Assembly (NCBI GenBank): GCA_038244115.1 | Contig: JBBRTU010000008.1 | Location: forward strand, 32,592-96,591 | Length of the DNA: 64,000 nucleotides | From: Burkholderiales bacterium | GTDB lineage: Bacteria; Pseudomonadota; Gammaproteobacteria; Burkholderiales; JBBRTU01 | Direction of reading: 5' to 3' | Shown here: piece after piece, positions 24,923 through 41,223 of the stretch | How the letters are laid out: every line of letters starts with the position of its first letter | Numbering within the stretch: the first letter of the stretch is position 1 | Position numbers and translations under genes: made by a program | The notes under the pieces: generated by a model | Databases searched by the model: none | What the model saw: only the letters and a program-made list of their open reading frames with translations | What the model was told of the DNA's origin: nothing

Positions 24923-25573
24923 CTACTTCTTTGCCCTGCCCGCAGAGCGCTCTTGACGTGCTTGAACAATAAGCTGGTTCAGGACGGACAGCATTGCGTC
25001 ATGGCTACCTGCCTGGGACGCGGAGGTGAGATATTTACCGTCCACGATAACTGACGGCACGCCGGTAATACCATAAGCCTTAGTCAGCTGTTTTGCCCGA
25101 AACGCTTTGTTTTGAACCGAGAAGGAGTTGTAAGCATTATAGAACTTGTTGCGATCCACGCCTTGCTTGGCAACCCAGCCGATAATGTCCGCGTCGGTTT
25201 TTAATTCGACCTTTTGTACATGGAAGGCCTTGAAAAGCTCGCCGTGTAAGCGGTCGAGCTCTTTAATGGCTTCCAACGCGTAGAAGGCTTTGGCAAGCGG
25301 CAACCAGCTATCGCTAAAAATGCCGGGCATGCGCCGGAAGGTCACATCTTTCGGTAATTGAGCAACCCACGGCGTTATGATCGGTTCAAGGTTGAAGCAG
25401 TGCGGGCAACCATAGAAGAAAATTTCCAATACTTCAATATTCTTGCCGGTTTCCACAGCCTGCGGCGGAGAAACCGGGCTATAGTCTTTGCCCCATTCTG
25501 CTGCAAAAGCTGTTTGGGCAAACAATCCGGTGGTGAAAATAAAACCTAGAAAAAATCGTCTGGAAAAGCTCAT
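24923..25573 (-). CDS. dsbA: Thiol:disulfide interchange protein DsbA
   Basis: 216-aa ORF with a signal peptide, the CPHC active site in FFYGCPHCFNLEP, and GVPSVIVDGKY near the C-terminus. Confidence 0.9.
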   Translation of the reverse strand: MSFSRRFFLGFIFTTGLFAQTAFAAEWGKDYSPVSPPQAVETGKNIEVLEIFFYGCPHCFNLEPIITPWVAQLPKDVTFRRMPGIFSDSWLPLAKAFYALEAIKELDRLHGELFKAFHVQKVELKTDADIIGWVAKQGVDRNKFYNAYNSFSVQNKAFRAKQLTKAYGITGVPSVIVDGKYLTSASQAGSHDAMLSVLNQLIVQARQERSAGRAKK

Positions 25574-25594
25574 CTAATAATCTCCCCGTTTAAT

Positions 25595-26197
25595 TTAATT
25601 TGGCGATGTGTCTTTAACTTTGATCAGGCTGGTGTCCACTTTGTTCTGGGCCAATGTTGCCCGTACCTTACTGGCCTCGTCAATACTGCTATAGGGGCCA
25701 ATGCGTACCCTGTGCCAGAGGCCCTTGTCAGGCAAGTTAGCAGTTTGGATCACGGCTTCTATTCCCAGCAGGGCAAGTTTGGCCTTTAGGTTATCGGCGT
25801 CACTTTCCGATTGAAATGCACCCGCCTGCAAATAAAAAACATCACTGCCGCTAGGTTGTTGCCGCGCTTGTTTGATGTTCTGTTCGGTGATCGGTTCCTC
25901 GCTGCCGGGTAATATATTGTAAAAATCGAAACGCGGTTTGGCTGGCGCCGTGCTTTGCTTGTCAGCGGAGGGAGCGGCTGCGGCCGGAAGCGCTTGCTTG
26001 GCATCTTTCTCCGCAGCGGGTTCTGACTGTTGTTTTGAGCGATCCATGAACGGACTGGGCGTTTGCTTAATGTACATGGCGACGCCCAACGCGATAGCGA
26101 GCCCGGCAAACAGGCCAACCATCAGTCCGGTTAGCAGAGGGTTGCCTTTCTTGTTCGGGGTGGTTTTTTGCGACATTTTTTTATAATCTCGGCTCAT
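25595..26197 (-). CDS. SPOR domain-containing membrane protein (peptidoglycan-binding, division-associated)
   Basis: Start taken at MSRDYKK (26197), just after the argS stop. One TM helix (LLTGLMVGLFAGLAIALGV), a low-complexity linker, and a C-terminal SPOR fold FYLQAGAFQSESDADNLKAKLALLG...WHRVRIGPY. Confidence 0.8.
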   Translation of the reverse strand: MSRDYKKMSQKTTPNKKGNPLLTGLMVGLFAGLAIALGVAMYIKQTPSPFMDRSKQQSEPAAEKDAKQALPAAAAPSADKQSTAPAKPRFDFYNILPGSEEPITEQNIKQARQQPSGSDVFYLQAGAFQSESDADNLKAKLALLGIEAVIQTANLPDKGLWHRVRIGPYSSIDEASKVRATLAQNKVDTSLIKVKDTSPN

Positions 26198-26202
26198 GAT
26201 GC

Positions 26203-27951
26203 TCACATTTTTTCTGGACAACTGACACCAAGCAAATTCAGGCCGCTGCATAGAACATGCCGCGTAGAAGCGACAAGCGACAAGCGCGCAAGTTTCAGGG
26301 CTTCGTCCGGCACAAGAAATTGTTCGGCGTTGTAGTAGCTGTGCAATTCGCTTGCCAGATCACGCAGATAGTAAGCGATAAGGTGGGGCGACATCTCGCG
26401 CGCAGCAGCTTCAACAATTTCCGGGTAGTCCACCAAGCGCTGCAACAACGCCAGTTCATAGATATTGGTTAACAGTGCGTGGTTGCTGGTGAACAAGGCG
26501 TCCGGCTCACCGCCCCATTGTTCAAACACGCTGCAAATACGCGCGTGGGCATACTGGATGTAGTACACCGGATTTTCGTTGCTCTGCGATTTGGCCAAAT
26601 CCAGATCGAAATCGAGGTGCTGATCGCTTTTGCGCAATACATAAAAGAAACGGGCGGCGTCATTGCCTACTTCGCTACGTAATTCGCGCAACGTGACAAA
26701 TTCACCGGAACGCGTGGACATGGGAATTTTTTTGCCCTCCCTATACAGTACGGCGAATTGGACCAATGTGACGGTAAGCTGCTCGGCAGGCAAATCCAGA
26801 GCAGTAAGCGCACCCTTGACGCGAGGAATATAGCCGTGATGGTCGGCTCCCCAGACATCGATGACTTCGTCAAAACCGCGTTCGAACTTGTTCAGGTGAT
26901 AAGCTATATCCGACGCGAAATAGGTGAACTGGCCGTTTTCGCGTTGCACCACGCGATCCTTTTCGTCGCCATATTTGCTGGAGCGAAACCACTTCGCACC
27001 ATCCTGCTCATAGAGATGACCGCTTTCCTCCAGCAGGGAGACTACGCGGGCAACCATGCCGTTGTCGTAGAGCGATTTTTCTGAAAACCAGCTGTCGAAG
27101 GTCACGCCAAATTCAAGCAGATCGTTGCGACAATCGCCCAGTTGTTCTGTCAGGACAAGGTCGTGGATATAGGCGTAATCCTGACCAAGAAGATTTTTAG
27201 CGTTGGCGATCAGGCCATCCAGGTGGGCTTCCGGCTGGGCTTCTGCGAGCGGCACATTTTGCAGTACGGTCCACGGTTGGTGCACATAACGGTCGCCATG
27301 CGATTCGAAAATTTGATGGGCCATGTCACGCACATAAGTGCCTTGGTACGCGTTGGCAGGGAAAGGCACATTGATACCGTTGAGTTCCAGATAGCGGAGC
27401 CAGGTGGACAGGGCTAAAATATCCATTTGCCGCCCGGCATCGTTGACGTAGTACTCCCGACTTACCTGGAAACCGGCGGCAGTGAGTACGTTGGCAAGGC
27501 TAGCGCCGAAAGCGGCGCCGCGACCGTGGCCGACATGAAGCGGTCCGGTGGGATTGGCGGAAACGAATTCAACCTGAATTTTTCTGCCACTATTTGCTGG
27601 TTGGTGCCCGTAGCCCGCACCTTGCGACAAAATTAGCGGAACAATTTGTTGTTTGGCGGCGTGGGTGAGAAACACGTTAATAAAACCTGCGCCAGCAATT
27701 TCATATTTTTCCACAAAGCGCGAAACTGGCAATGCATTAAGGATGTCTGTCGCCACGTCACGCGGATTGCGTCGCAGCGCTTTCGCCAAGCGCATGGCGA
27801 GATTACAGGCGTAATCGCCATGCTGGGCAAATTTGGGACGTTCCAATTCTATTGGCGCACCGGTATGTTCCGGCAAAACTTGATTCAGCGCTTCGTTAAA
27901 GAGGTCAACGGTATGTTGCTTGATGTCAGTGTAAGTAACGGTGGTGCTCAT
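26203..27951 (-). CDS. argS: Arginine--tRNA ligase
   Basis: 582-aa ORF with the class I HIGH motif ANPTGPLHVGHGRGAA and the KMSKS-equivalent MSTRSG. Confidence 0.96.
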   Translation of the reverse strand: MSTTVTYTDIKQHTVDLFNEALNQVLPEHTGAPIELERPKFAQHGDYACNLAMRLAKALRRNPRDVATDILNALPVSRFVEKYEIAGAGFINVFLTHAAKQQIVPLILSQGAGYGHQPANSGRKIQVEFVSANPTGPLHVGHGRGAAFGASLANVLTAAGFQVSREYYVNDAGRQMDILALSTWLRYLELNGINVPFPANAYQGTYVRDMAHQIFESHGDRYVHQPWTVLQNVPLAEAQPEAHLDGLIANAKNLLGQDYAYIHDLVLTEQLGDCRNDLLEFGVTFDSWFSEKSLYDNGMVARVVSLLEESGHLYEQDGAKWFRSSKYGDEKDRVVQRENGQFTYFASDIAYHLNKFERGFDEVIDVWGADHHGYIPRVKGALTALDLPAEQLTVTLVQFAVLYREGKKIPMSTRSGEFVTLRELRSEVGNDAARFFYVLRKSDQHLDFDLDLAKSQSNENPVYYIQYAHARICSVFEQWGGEPDALFTSNHALLTNIYELALLQRLVDYPEIVEAAAREMSPHLIAYYLRDLASELHSYYNAEQFLVPDEALKLARLSLVASTRHVLCSGLNLLGVSCPEKM

Positions 27952-28028
27952 GGCTTCTGGCTGATGTAAATTTGGCTATTATAGTCGCGTAGGCTGTCTA
28001 TCGCCATGCGCCTAGGATTAAGTCTGGT

Positions 28029-30218
28029 TTATAAATCCAGTGGATCGATATCGATAGACCAGCGTACTTTGCCACCAGCCAGCGTGCTTAAGCTGGTCAG
28101 CCATAGTCCGAGAAACGTTTGAAGTTTTTGACGTGATGCAGATTGCACCAGAAGCTGTGCGCGCTCCTTGCCGGCCAGGCGCGCCATCGGGGCGGCAACC
28201 GGGTCGTACAGAGTGATATCGGCGGCCAGCGGTTCAGCTGCGCGACGAGCACGCTCAAGAAATTCCATGGCAGCGGACAAAACGGTTGCTTCAGCGCGCA
28301 GCAGGGTCAGATGGGCAAAGGGAGGGAAGCCGGCCTGTTTGCGTTCGGTTAGCAAAATTTGCGCATAGGCAGCATAGTCATGGCTTAGCAGATTCTGAAA
28401 CAAGGGGTGCTCAGGAAACTGTGTCTGGATCAACACCTCGCCCGGTGTGGATGCCCGTCCCGCGCGGCCCGCGACCTGCACAAGCTGCGCGAATAAGCGC
28501 TCGGAAGCACGAAAATCCGCACTGTACAGGGCACCATCCGCATTCAGCACACAGACCAAGGTAATGTTGGGGAAGTCATGCCCCTTCGCCAGCATCTGTG
28601 TGCCGACTAGGATATCAACCGAGCCATCACGCACCTCACCCAGCATGCCTTCCAGCGCGTTTTTGCGCCGCGTGCTGTCCCTGTCGAAGCGCAAAATTCG
28701 TGCGGCAGGAAACATCCTGGTGAGCGCATCTTCCACCCGCTGCGTGCCATGGCCTACCGCTTTTAAATCCTGGTTGCCACAATCGGGGCAATGAACCGGC
28801 ACAGCGGTTTCATGACCGCAGTGGTGGCAACGCAGTTTTCTTTCGCGCAAATGCAATACCAGGCGGCTGCTACAGCGTGGACAGCCAGAAGCCCAGCCGC
28901 ATTCGCCGCACGCTAAGACCGGCGCAAACCCGCGCCGGTTGATGAATACCAAGCTTTGTTCACCACGCTGCAAGCGCGTCTGGATGGCCTGTACCAACGG
29001 CGCGGATTGTCCTTCGGCAAGTTTGTAGCGGCGCGTGTCGATCAGTTTTATTTCAGGTAATGCCGCACTATCGACAGCGCGACGGCTGAGCGTGAGTAGT
29101 TGATAACGCCCCTTAAGCGCGTTGTAGTAAGACTCCAGCGCAGGCGTGGCGGAGCCGAGAAGCACCGGAATGTTGGCCAGTTTGGCTCTTGCAATGGCGA
29201 CATCGCGCGCCGAATAACGGAAACCTTCCTGTTGTTTGAACGAAGCGTCGTGCTCTTCGTCCACGATGATAATGGCCAGCGCTGGCATCGGCGTGAACAC
29301 CGCCAGACGCGTACCCAGGACGATCTGCGCCGCACCCTGTTGTGCTTGCTGCCAATGCGCAGCGCGCTCGGTGTCGTTTAGACCGCTGTGCAGTGTGGCC
29401 AGCGCAGTGCCAGGAAAGCGGCTGCGAAAAATTTGTTCCAGCTGAGGTGTAAGATTTATTTCTGGCACCAATACCAATACCTGCTGGCCAGCTGCCACTA
29501 GCGGTGCAATGGTCTGCAAGTACACTTCGGTCTTGCCGCTGCCGGTAATGCCGTGTAGCAGTGAAACCTGGAAATGCCCGAATTGGCCTTGCAGGGTTTG
29601 CACGGCAAGGGCCTGTTCTTCAGTTAATGCATGCGGCGATGGAACGGTCTTTGCGCGGGCTGGAGGCGTTGGCGTGGCTGCATGCGCTGTGCTCGCCCAT
29701 CCGAGCTGAAGAAACTCCCGCAAGACCGCTCGATAGCCTGGCGCCAAGGCAGCCAGCTCCTGTGCCGAGAGGGCGCCGTTTTTTAATTCTGTCAGCAGTT
29801 TTCGCTTAAGCGTTGCCCGGGTAGGCAATGTATCGATGCTAATTGCCAGTCCCTCTTCAGTGATCTGGTAACGCGCAATCTTTTGTTTGGGCGCAACAGT
29901 TTTGCGTAGCGCTGCCGGCAACGCTGCCAGTATGATTTCCCCCAAGGGGTGGTGGTAATAACTGTTGCAGAAACTGAACAGCGCTAACATCTGCTGCGAC
30001 AGCAACGGGGAAGCGTCATCTAGAATCCGTGTTATGGCTTTTAATTTTGCAGCAGGGTGTTCCGAGTGGTCGGCGAGCCCAACTATTACACCAACTTGGT
30101 GTCGTCGTCCGAATGGCACCACCACGCGCGCACCGATATAGTCGCGCCCAACACCCTCGGCGGTGTAGTCGAAGAGGGTGTTGAGAGGAACGTCCAGTGC
30201 GACTTTGGCGATGGTCAT
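28029..30218 (-). CDS. priA: Primosomal replication restart helicase PriA
   Basis: 729-aa ORF with Walker A GITGSGKTEVY, DEEH box IIVDEEHD, and a Cys-rich zinc-binding insert CGECGWASGCPRCSSRLVLH...CHHCGH...CPDCG. Confidence 0.96.
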   Translation of the reverse strand: MTIAKVALDVPLNTLFDYTAEGVGRDYIGARVVVPFGRRHQVGVIVGLADHSEHPAAKLKAITRILDDASPLLSQQMLALFSFCNSYYHHPLGEIILAALPAALRKTVAPKQKIARYQITEEGLAISIDTLPTRATLKRKLLTELKNGALSAQELAALAPGYRAVLREFLQLGWASTAHAATPTPPARAKTVPSPHALTEEQALAVQTLQGQFGHFQVSLLHGITGSGKTEVYLQTIAPLVAAGQQVLVLVPEINLTPQLEQIFRSRFPGTALATLHSGLNDTERAAHWQQAQQGAAQIVLGTRLAVFTPMPALAIIIVDEEHDASFKQQEGFRYSARDVAIARAKLANIPVLLGSATPALESYYNALKGRYQLLTLSRRAVDSAALPEIKLIDTRRYKLAEGQSAPLVQAIQTRLQRGEQSLVFINRRGFAPVLACGECGWASGCPRCSSRLVLHLRERKLRCHHCGHETAVPVHCPDCGNQDLKAVGHGTQRVEDALTRMFPAARILRFDRDSTRRKNALEGMLGEVRDGSVDILVGTQMLAKGHDFPNITLVCVLNADGALYSADFRASERLFAQLVQVAGRAGRASTPGEVLIQTQFPEHPLFQNLLSHDYAAYAQILLTERKQAGFPPFAHLTLLRAEATVLSAAMEFLERARRAAEPLAADITLYDPVAAPMARLAGKERAQLLVQSASRQKLQTFLGLWLTSLSTLAGGKVRWSIDIDPLDL

Positions 30219-30334
30219 GGATTAAGTGGCGAGATAATAAATTGGTTGCCTGTCCCAAGCACAGTTAAAGTTATTTCTACAGAAACCTAACAACTAACTT
30301 AAATACAACACAATTTACAGTTTGTCACAAATTC

Positions 30335-30343
30335 TGTGGATAA
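30335..30343 (-). promoter_or_regulatory. Isolated consensus DnaA box (TGTGGATAA on plus = TTATCCACA on minus) in the priA-hemE spacer
   Basis: Exact 9-mer inside a 370-bp AT-rich non-coding spacer (30219-30588). Confidence 0.4.
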
Positions 30344-30588
30344 CTCTGTGCATATCGTATTTACAAACAGGCTAACTGCCTTTCCAATAACGCTTTTATC
30401 TCTATGGCTAAAATTTAAACTACGCATAAATTGCCATATAAACAATTGGTTATGTTATTCGGTTTGGTTCTGCTGGAAGTGGGCACATGGTATGATAGGC
30501 ACCCTGGTGTCATGTGCATAAAAGCCGATAATTGGCTTTTGCGAGAAGGGGTTGGTACGAAAAGACGTGGTTAGAATGGTAGTAGCCA

Positions 30589-31650
30589 CTAATGGTACTG
30601 GCGGCTTAAATCATGCACCAATTCAACCATGGCCTTAACGTTTTCTGGCGGCGTTGTCTGGTGAATGCCATGCCCGAGGTTAAACACGTGGCCGTTGCCT
30701 TGACCGTAGCTGGCTAAAATTTTGGCGGTTTCAGCCTCGATGGCTGCCGGGAATGCGTGCAGCACAGCAGGGTCCAGATTGCCTTGCAACGCAACTTTAT
30801 CGCCTACGCGCGTGCGCGCAGCCCCGATGTCTACTGTCCAATCCAGACCGACGGCGTCACAGCCGCTAGCGGCGATGCTTTCCAGCCAGTGGCCGCCGCC
30901 CTTGGTGAAAACAATGCTGGGGATACGGGCGCCATTATGCTCGCGGATCAGCCCCGACAGCACGCGCTCCATGTAGCGCAATGAAAATTCATGATAAGCG
31001 GAGTGGGAGAGTAGTCCTCCCCACGTATCAAAAATCATCACCGCCTGAACACCGGCCTCAATTTGCGCATTGAGATAGGTGGTCACGGCCTGTGCGTTGA
31101 CTTCAAGGACATGGTGCAACAAGTCCGGGCGTTGGTAGAGCATGGACTTTACCAAGGGGAAATCCGGGCTGCTGCCACCTTCGATCATGTAACAGGCCAA
31201 AGTAAACGGGCTGCCTGAAAAACCAATTAGTGGAACCTCGTTGTCCAGTGCTTTGCGAATCTGGCTTACTGCATCCAGCACGTAGCGCAGATGGGTGCCC
31301 GGGTCGGGTGCAACCAGACTGCGTATTTCCCATTCGTCGCGCAGCGGACGTTCGAATTTAGGCCCTTCACCTTGCGAGAAATACAAGCCTAAGCCCATGG
31401 CATCGGGGATGGTGAGGATGTCGGAAAACAGAATGGCTGCATCAAGCGGAAAGCGCGCCAATGGCTGCAAGGTAACTTCTGTGGCCAGATCCGGATTTTT
31501 GCACAGCGACAGGAAGTCCCCGGCGCGTGCACGGGTCTGGTTATATTCGGGCAAATAGCGTCCGGCTTGACGCATCAGCCAGACAGGTGTGTATTCGGTG
31601 GGCTGGCGCAATAATGCGCGCAGGAAGGTGTCGTTTTTAAGTTTAGTCAT
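30589..31650 (-). CDS. hemE: Uroporphyrinogen decarboxylase
   Basis: 353-aa ORF with N-terminus [15 protein letters not shown] and [12 protein letters not shown], typical HemE motifs. Confidence 0.96.
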   Translation of the reverse strand: MTKLKNDTFLRALLRQPTEYTPVWLMRQAGRYLPEYNQTRARAGDFLSLCKNPDLATEVTLQPLARFPLDAAILFSDILTIPDAMGLGLYFSQGEGPKFERPLRDEWEIRSLVAPDPGTHLRYVLDAVSQIRKALDNEVPLIGFSGSPFTLACYMIEGGSSPDFPLVKSMLYQRPDLLHHVLEVNAQAVTTYLNAQIEAGVQAVMIFDTWGGLLSHSAYHEFSLRYMERVLSGLIREHNGARIPSIVFTKGGGHWLESIAASGCDAVGLDWTVDIGAARTRVGDKVALQGNLDPAVLHAFPAAIEAETAKILASYGQGNGHVFNLGHGIHQTTPPENVKAMVELVHDLSRQYH

Positions 31651-31705
31651 GTGTTTAACTGAGCGGTTTACCGCAAACAGTATTCCTTCCGTTGCTGCGA
31701 GTTAA

Positions 31706-37560
<5,855 letters not shown>

Positions 37561-37666
37561 TACATCAACCTAAAAGCCATTTAAATCGGGCAAAAATTTC
37601 AGCGAAAAGTTCTCGATTTTACCCGCAACGTGCTTGCTCGGCAACGGGCGGTAAGTGCTTACCCTG

Positions 37667-38434
37667 CTACTGATCGGGTTTTTCGACAGGCGCCCCTGCT
37701 TGCAAAGCAGCTTCTGCCTCCGCTTCTGTCTGAAAGACGTGCGTGAGAGGAATTTCTATTTTAGCAGGAACCGATTGGGCAAGAACTGGCTGAGCTTTAA
37801 GGCTGGTTCCGAGCAACGGATTAGAGGCAGGTGACGCCTGCTGGAGAGGGAGCACACCAGACGGCAAAGCTGGAAATTTTTTATGTGTCAGCCACGCGCT
37901 ACCGATAAGGGCCAAGAACAGTATTCCCCAAGTTGCATAGCGCAGGATTCCAGAATCCTTATCTAATTGGTACGAGGCGGTTATGCGCTGTCGCAAAGCA
38001 TTTGGCAATTGTTTGGAGAGGGCGCTGTCGCCACACAATATGATGCTGAGATATCCTTCTTTGGGCTGGAGGTTGCTAAGTTGACGCAACTGCTCGAACA
38101 CGTTCGAACTGGGGCTATGCCCCATGGAACAGAGGAGGAGGGTGCTGGCATGATTCAGATGCTTGGTCAAAGAGGCGGCGGATTCTTGCAACAGGCCAAG
38201 AACGCTGGCGATCTGATCAAACAGACTTGCTGCTGGGTCAGACGCGTTTAAACGTACGATGCGACCAGTGTTTACCAATGCAGCTGAAAGGCTGTCGAGA
38301 AACAATTGGCAATTTTCGATATTACAACCAGCAATCAGAATAAGCGCTGGGCCGTGTTTAAGGTGTAATGCAATGTGCTGAGCGAGCGAGTGGCCATCAG
38401 TAAACCCTGGCAGGGCCGAGGCCTGGGCCATCAA
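37667..38434 (-). CDS. Hypothetical single-pass membrane protein; degenerate ExeA-like P-loop fold in the DamX-equivalent gene position
   Basis: 255-aa ORF, ATGA-coupled to the upstream dgt-like gene. The expected Walker A position reads [15 protein letters not shown] (no GxxGxGK[ST]). One TM helix ([14 protein letters not shown]), then a Pro/Ala/Gln-rich tail. No SPOR domain recognised. Confidence 0.5.
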   Translation of the reverse strand: MMAQASALPGFTDGHSLAQHIALHLKHGPALILIAGCNIENCQLFLDSLSAALVNTGRIVRLNASDPAASLFDQIASVLGLLQESAASLTKHLNHASTLLLCSMGHSPSSNVFEQLRQLSNLQPKEGYLSIILCGDSALSKQLPNALRQRITASYQLDKDSGILRYATWGILFLALIGSAWLTHKKFPALPSGVLPLQQASPASNPLLGTSLKAQPVLAQSVPAKIEIPLTHVFQTEAEAEAALQAGAPVEKPDQ

Positions 38435-39552
38435 ATTTCCTCGATAGCAAACAGGCGCCGGTACTCGCGGATAGCGTAGCGGTCAGTCATCCCCGCGACA
38501 TAATCGGCAATGCCGCGTGCCTTGTCCTGGCGTGCTTTTTCCTGATATTGCGGAGGCAAAAGGCGTATATCATCCATAAAGGCGTCGAATAATTCCTGGA
38601 TAATGCGCCGCGCTTTGCCGCTCATGCGCGCGACCCGGTAATGCTGGTAGAGATGATGACGCAGGAATTGCTTGAGTTCCTGCTGTTCCCGCTGAATTTC
38701 CGGACCGAATGCGATAAGCGGCGGCGCACAGTGTATGTCAGTCAGCTGTATAGGCGCTGTATGCTGGATATTCGCCTTGCTCTGCTGGATCAAGTCAGAA
38801 ACCAGTGTGTTGATCATGCGCCTCACGGTTTCATGAACCACGCGCCGCTCGTTGAGGTTGGGGTAGAGGTGCTTGACCTCGTCCAGGTGGCGGGCGAACA
38901 CGGTGACTTGTGATAGTTGCTCGATTTCAATCAGCCCCGAGCGCAAGCCGTCATCCACATCATGGTTGTTATAGGCGATTTCGTCGGCCAAGTTGGCAAT
39001 CTGCGCTTCCAGCGAGGGTTGCTGCTTGTTAAGAAAGCGTTCGCCTATCTCGCCCAGCTTTCGCGCGTTTTCCAGCGAGCAGTGCTTGAGGATACCCTCG
39101 CGGGTTTCAAAGCAAAGATTAAGCCCATCAAACTCGGCGTAGCGCTCCTCCAGCATGTCGACCACGCGCAAGGACTGAAGGTTGTGCTCGAAACCGCCAT
39201 GCGCCTGCATGCAGGCATTGAGAGCATCCTGGCCGGCGTGACCGAACGGCGTGTGTCCAAGGTCGTGTGCCAACGCAATGGCTTCCACCAATTCTTCATT
39301 GAGCTGCAGGGCGCGAGCAATAGATCGCCCGATCTGCGCGACTTCCAGGCTGTGCGTCAGGCGTGTACGGAACAGGTCGCCTTCGTGGTTAACAAACACC
39401 TGGGTCTTGTATTCAAGACGGCGAAATGCGGTGGAGTGAATGATGCGGTCACGATCACGCTGGAATTCGGTGCGGCCCCCAGGCGGTGGCTCGGCATAGC
39501 GGCGCCCTCGTGTATTGGTATTGGATGCCGCATAAGACGCCAGTTCGTTCAT
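38431..39552 (-). CDS. dgt: dGTP triphosphohydrolase-like HD-domain protein
   Basis: HD motif [37 protein letters not shown]-terminus and [16 protein letters not shown]-terminus. The ATG at 39552 forms an ATGA overlap with the aroB stop; the ORF-track TTG start at 39564 is less likely. Confidence 0.88.
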   Translation of the reverse strand: MNELASYAASNTNTRGRRYAEPPPGGRTEFQRDRDRIIHSTAFRRLEYKTQVFVNHEGDLFRTRLTHSLEVAQIGRSIARALQLNEELVEAIALAHDLGHTPFGHAGQDALNACMQAHGGFEHNLQSLRVVDMLEERYAEFDGLNLCFETREGILKHCSLENARKLGEIGERFLNKQQPSLEAQIANLADEIAYNNHDVDDGLRSGLIEIEQLSQVTVFARHLDEVKHLYPNLNERRVVHETVRRMINTLVSDLIQQSKANIQHTAPIQLTDIHCAPPLIAFGPEIQREQQELKQFLRHHLYQHYRVARMSGKARRIIQELFDAFMDDIRLLPPQYQEKARQDKARGIADYVAGMTDRYAIREYRRLFAIEEI

Positions 39553-40634
39553 ATCTTGCCACAACTTTCCAAGGTTTCGTTAAGCAGCGCTGGCGGCACA
39601 TCGCCGGTCATAAAGGCTTCGCCAATGCGCTTGAGCAGTACAAAGCGGATTTTGCCGGCCTCAACTTTTTTGTCTATGCCCATGGTGGCCAAGTACGCAT
39701 TTACACCAAGATCAGGCGCGTCAACGGGCAATTTGGCGGCGACAAATAGACGTCGAATTCGTGCAACAACAGTGCTGTCTAACAGGCCGAGACGCTGCGA
39801 CAGGTTGGCGGCGAGTAGGGTTCCAGCGGCCACTGCCTCGCCGTGCAACCAGTTACCGTAGCCCATGCCGGTTTCGATGGCATGCCCGAAAGTATGGCCC
39901 AGGTTGAGCAGCGCGCGCAGCCCGAGTTCTTTCTCGTCGCTTGCCACAACTTCCGCCTTGTTCTCACATGAGCGCTTGATGGCATAAGCGAGTGCTTCAG
40001 GGTCGCACGTGAGGAGCTTGTCCATATTCAGTTCCAGCCATTCAAAGAAAGGCAGGTCGCGAATCAATCCGTATTTAATCACCTCAGCCAAACCGGCAGA
40101 AAGTTCCCGGTCAGGCAGCGTGTTCAGGGTTGAAGTATCTGCCAAGACCAGTCTGGGTTGGTAAAAAGCCCCGACCATGTTTTTGCCCAACGGATGATTA
40201 ATGCCGGTTTTTCCGCCGACCGAGGAATCAACTTGAGAGAGCAGGGTCGTGGGAACCTGGATGAAGGGCACACCGCGCAGGTAAGTGGCAGCGGCGAAAC
40301 CCGTAATATCGCCAATGACGCCGCCACCTAGAGCGATCAAAGTAGTTTTGCGTTCGCATCGGTGAGTGAGTAGTGCACTGAATATCTGGTTAAGCGTTTC
40401 CCAGTTCTTATACTGTTCTCCATCCGGCAGAATGACGGGAAGAATGTCGACACCATTTTGCTTGAGACCATGCGCTAGTGAGTCAAGATACAGTGGGGCC
40501 ACCGTGGTGTTAGTTACAATCACTGCCCGTGGTTGGGCAAGATACGGCAGGATCAGATTGGGCTGGTTTATTAGCCCTGCCCCGATTTGAATTGGATAGC
40601 TGCGGTCACCCAAGTCTACGTTTAAGGTTTGCAT
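39549..40634 (-). CDS. aroB: 3-dehydroquinate synthase
   Basis: 361-aa ORF with [45 protein letters not shown] and the metal-binding [12 protein letters not shown]...HGEAVA. Confidence 0.96.
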   Translation of the reverse strand: MQTLNVDLGDRSYPIQIGAGLINQPNLILPYLAQPRAVIVTNTTVAPLYLDSLAHGLKQNGVDILPVILPDGEQYKNWETLNQIFSALLTHRCERKTTLIALGGGVIGDITGFAAATYLRGVPFIQVPTTLLSQVDSSVGGKTGINHPLGKNMVGAFYQPRLVLADTSTLNTLPDRELSAGLAEVIKYGLIRDLPFFEWLELNMDKLLTCDPEALAYAIKRSCENKAEVVASDEKELGLRALLNLGHTFGHAIETGMGYGNWLHGEAVAAGTLLAANLSQRLGLLDSTVVARIRRLFVAAKLPVDAPDLGVNAYLATMGIDKKVEAGKIRFVLLKRIGEAFMTGDVPPALLNETLESCGKI

Positions 40635-41158
40635 AAGGTCTTGTCGAGGTGCTGAAGTTTTTCTTCCAGATCGTGTACCAGGGACTGGGCGCTTTGTTTG
40701 CTGGTGTCAATAATTATACCGGCCACTTCGCGATAGAGCGGGTCGCGTTGTTCGAACAGTTGAACCAACTTGGCACGCGGGTCATTGGTCTGCAATAGCG
40801 GGCGGTTGTGGTCATGCCGTGTACGCTGCCACAAATCTTCAACGCTGGCGCGCAGGTAAATTACGGTGCCGCGATTTTTCAGGTATTCACGATTTTCCGG
40901 ACTGAGCACTGCCCCGCCGCCAGTCGCAAGAACAATGCCATGTTTCTGCGAGAGATCATTGATCACCGCGCTTTCACGACTACGAAAACCGGCTTCGCCT
41001 TCTATATCAAAAATCAGCGGGATGTTAACGCCGGTGCGGCGCTCGATTTCATGATCGGAATCGTAGAAGGTTTTGTGAAAGTGTTTGGCCAGCAGCTTGC
41101 CGACGGTGGTCTTGCCCGCACCCATCAAGCCGACCAGAAATATGTTAGTGCCATGCAT
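40622..41158 (-). CDS. aroK: Shikimate kinase
   Basis: 178-aa ORF with Walker [12 protein letters not shown] and the motifs [11 protein letters not shown] and ATGGGAV. aroK-aroB order. Confidence 0.95.
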   Translation of the reverse strand: MHGTNIFLVGLMGAGKTTVGKLLAKHFHKTFYDSDHEIERRTGVNIPLIFDIEGEAGFRSRESAVINDLSQKHGIVLATGGGAVLSPENREYLKNRGTVIYLRASVEDLWQRTRHDHNRPLLQTNDPRAKLVQLFEQRDPLYREVAGIIIDTSKQSAQSLVHDLEEKLQHLDKTLCKP

Positions 41159-41169
41159 GGCGGTATTTT

Positions 41170-41205
41170 AACGGAAAACGGCCTGCTCGGTAAGGAACAG
41201 GCCGT
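41170..41205 (-). terminator. Hairpin between pilQ and aroK (possible partial terminator/attenuator)
   Basis: The minus strand reads ACGGCCTG-N12-CAGGCCGT followed by TTTCCGTT: an 8-bp stem with a weak U-tract. Confidence 0.35.
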
Positions 41206-41223
41206 ATCGTTTTGACGCGAAAA

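Noticed and set aside
30336-30521. A 61-aa plus-strand ORF in the priA-hemE spacer.
   Set aside because: It has a GTG start overlapping the DnaA box, an AT-rich codon composition unlike the neighbouring genes, and no ribosome-binding site.
30219-30588. The priA-hemE spacer as the chromosomal origin, by analogy with hemE-linked origins in alpha-proteobacteria.
   Set aside because: It has only one DnaA box. Both flanking genes and the 20 kb on either side are oriented inconsistently with divergent leading-strand transcription from this point. The dnaA-flanking spacers are better candidates. I kept it only as a lower-level finding.
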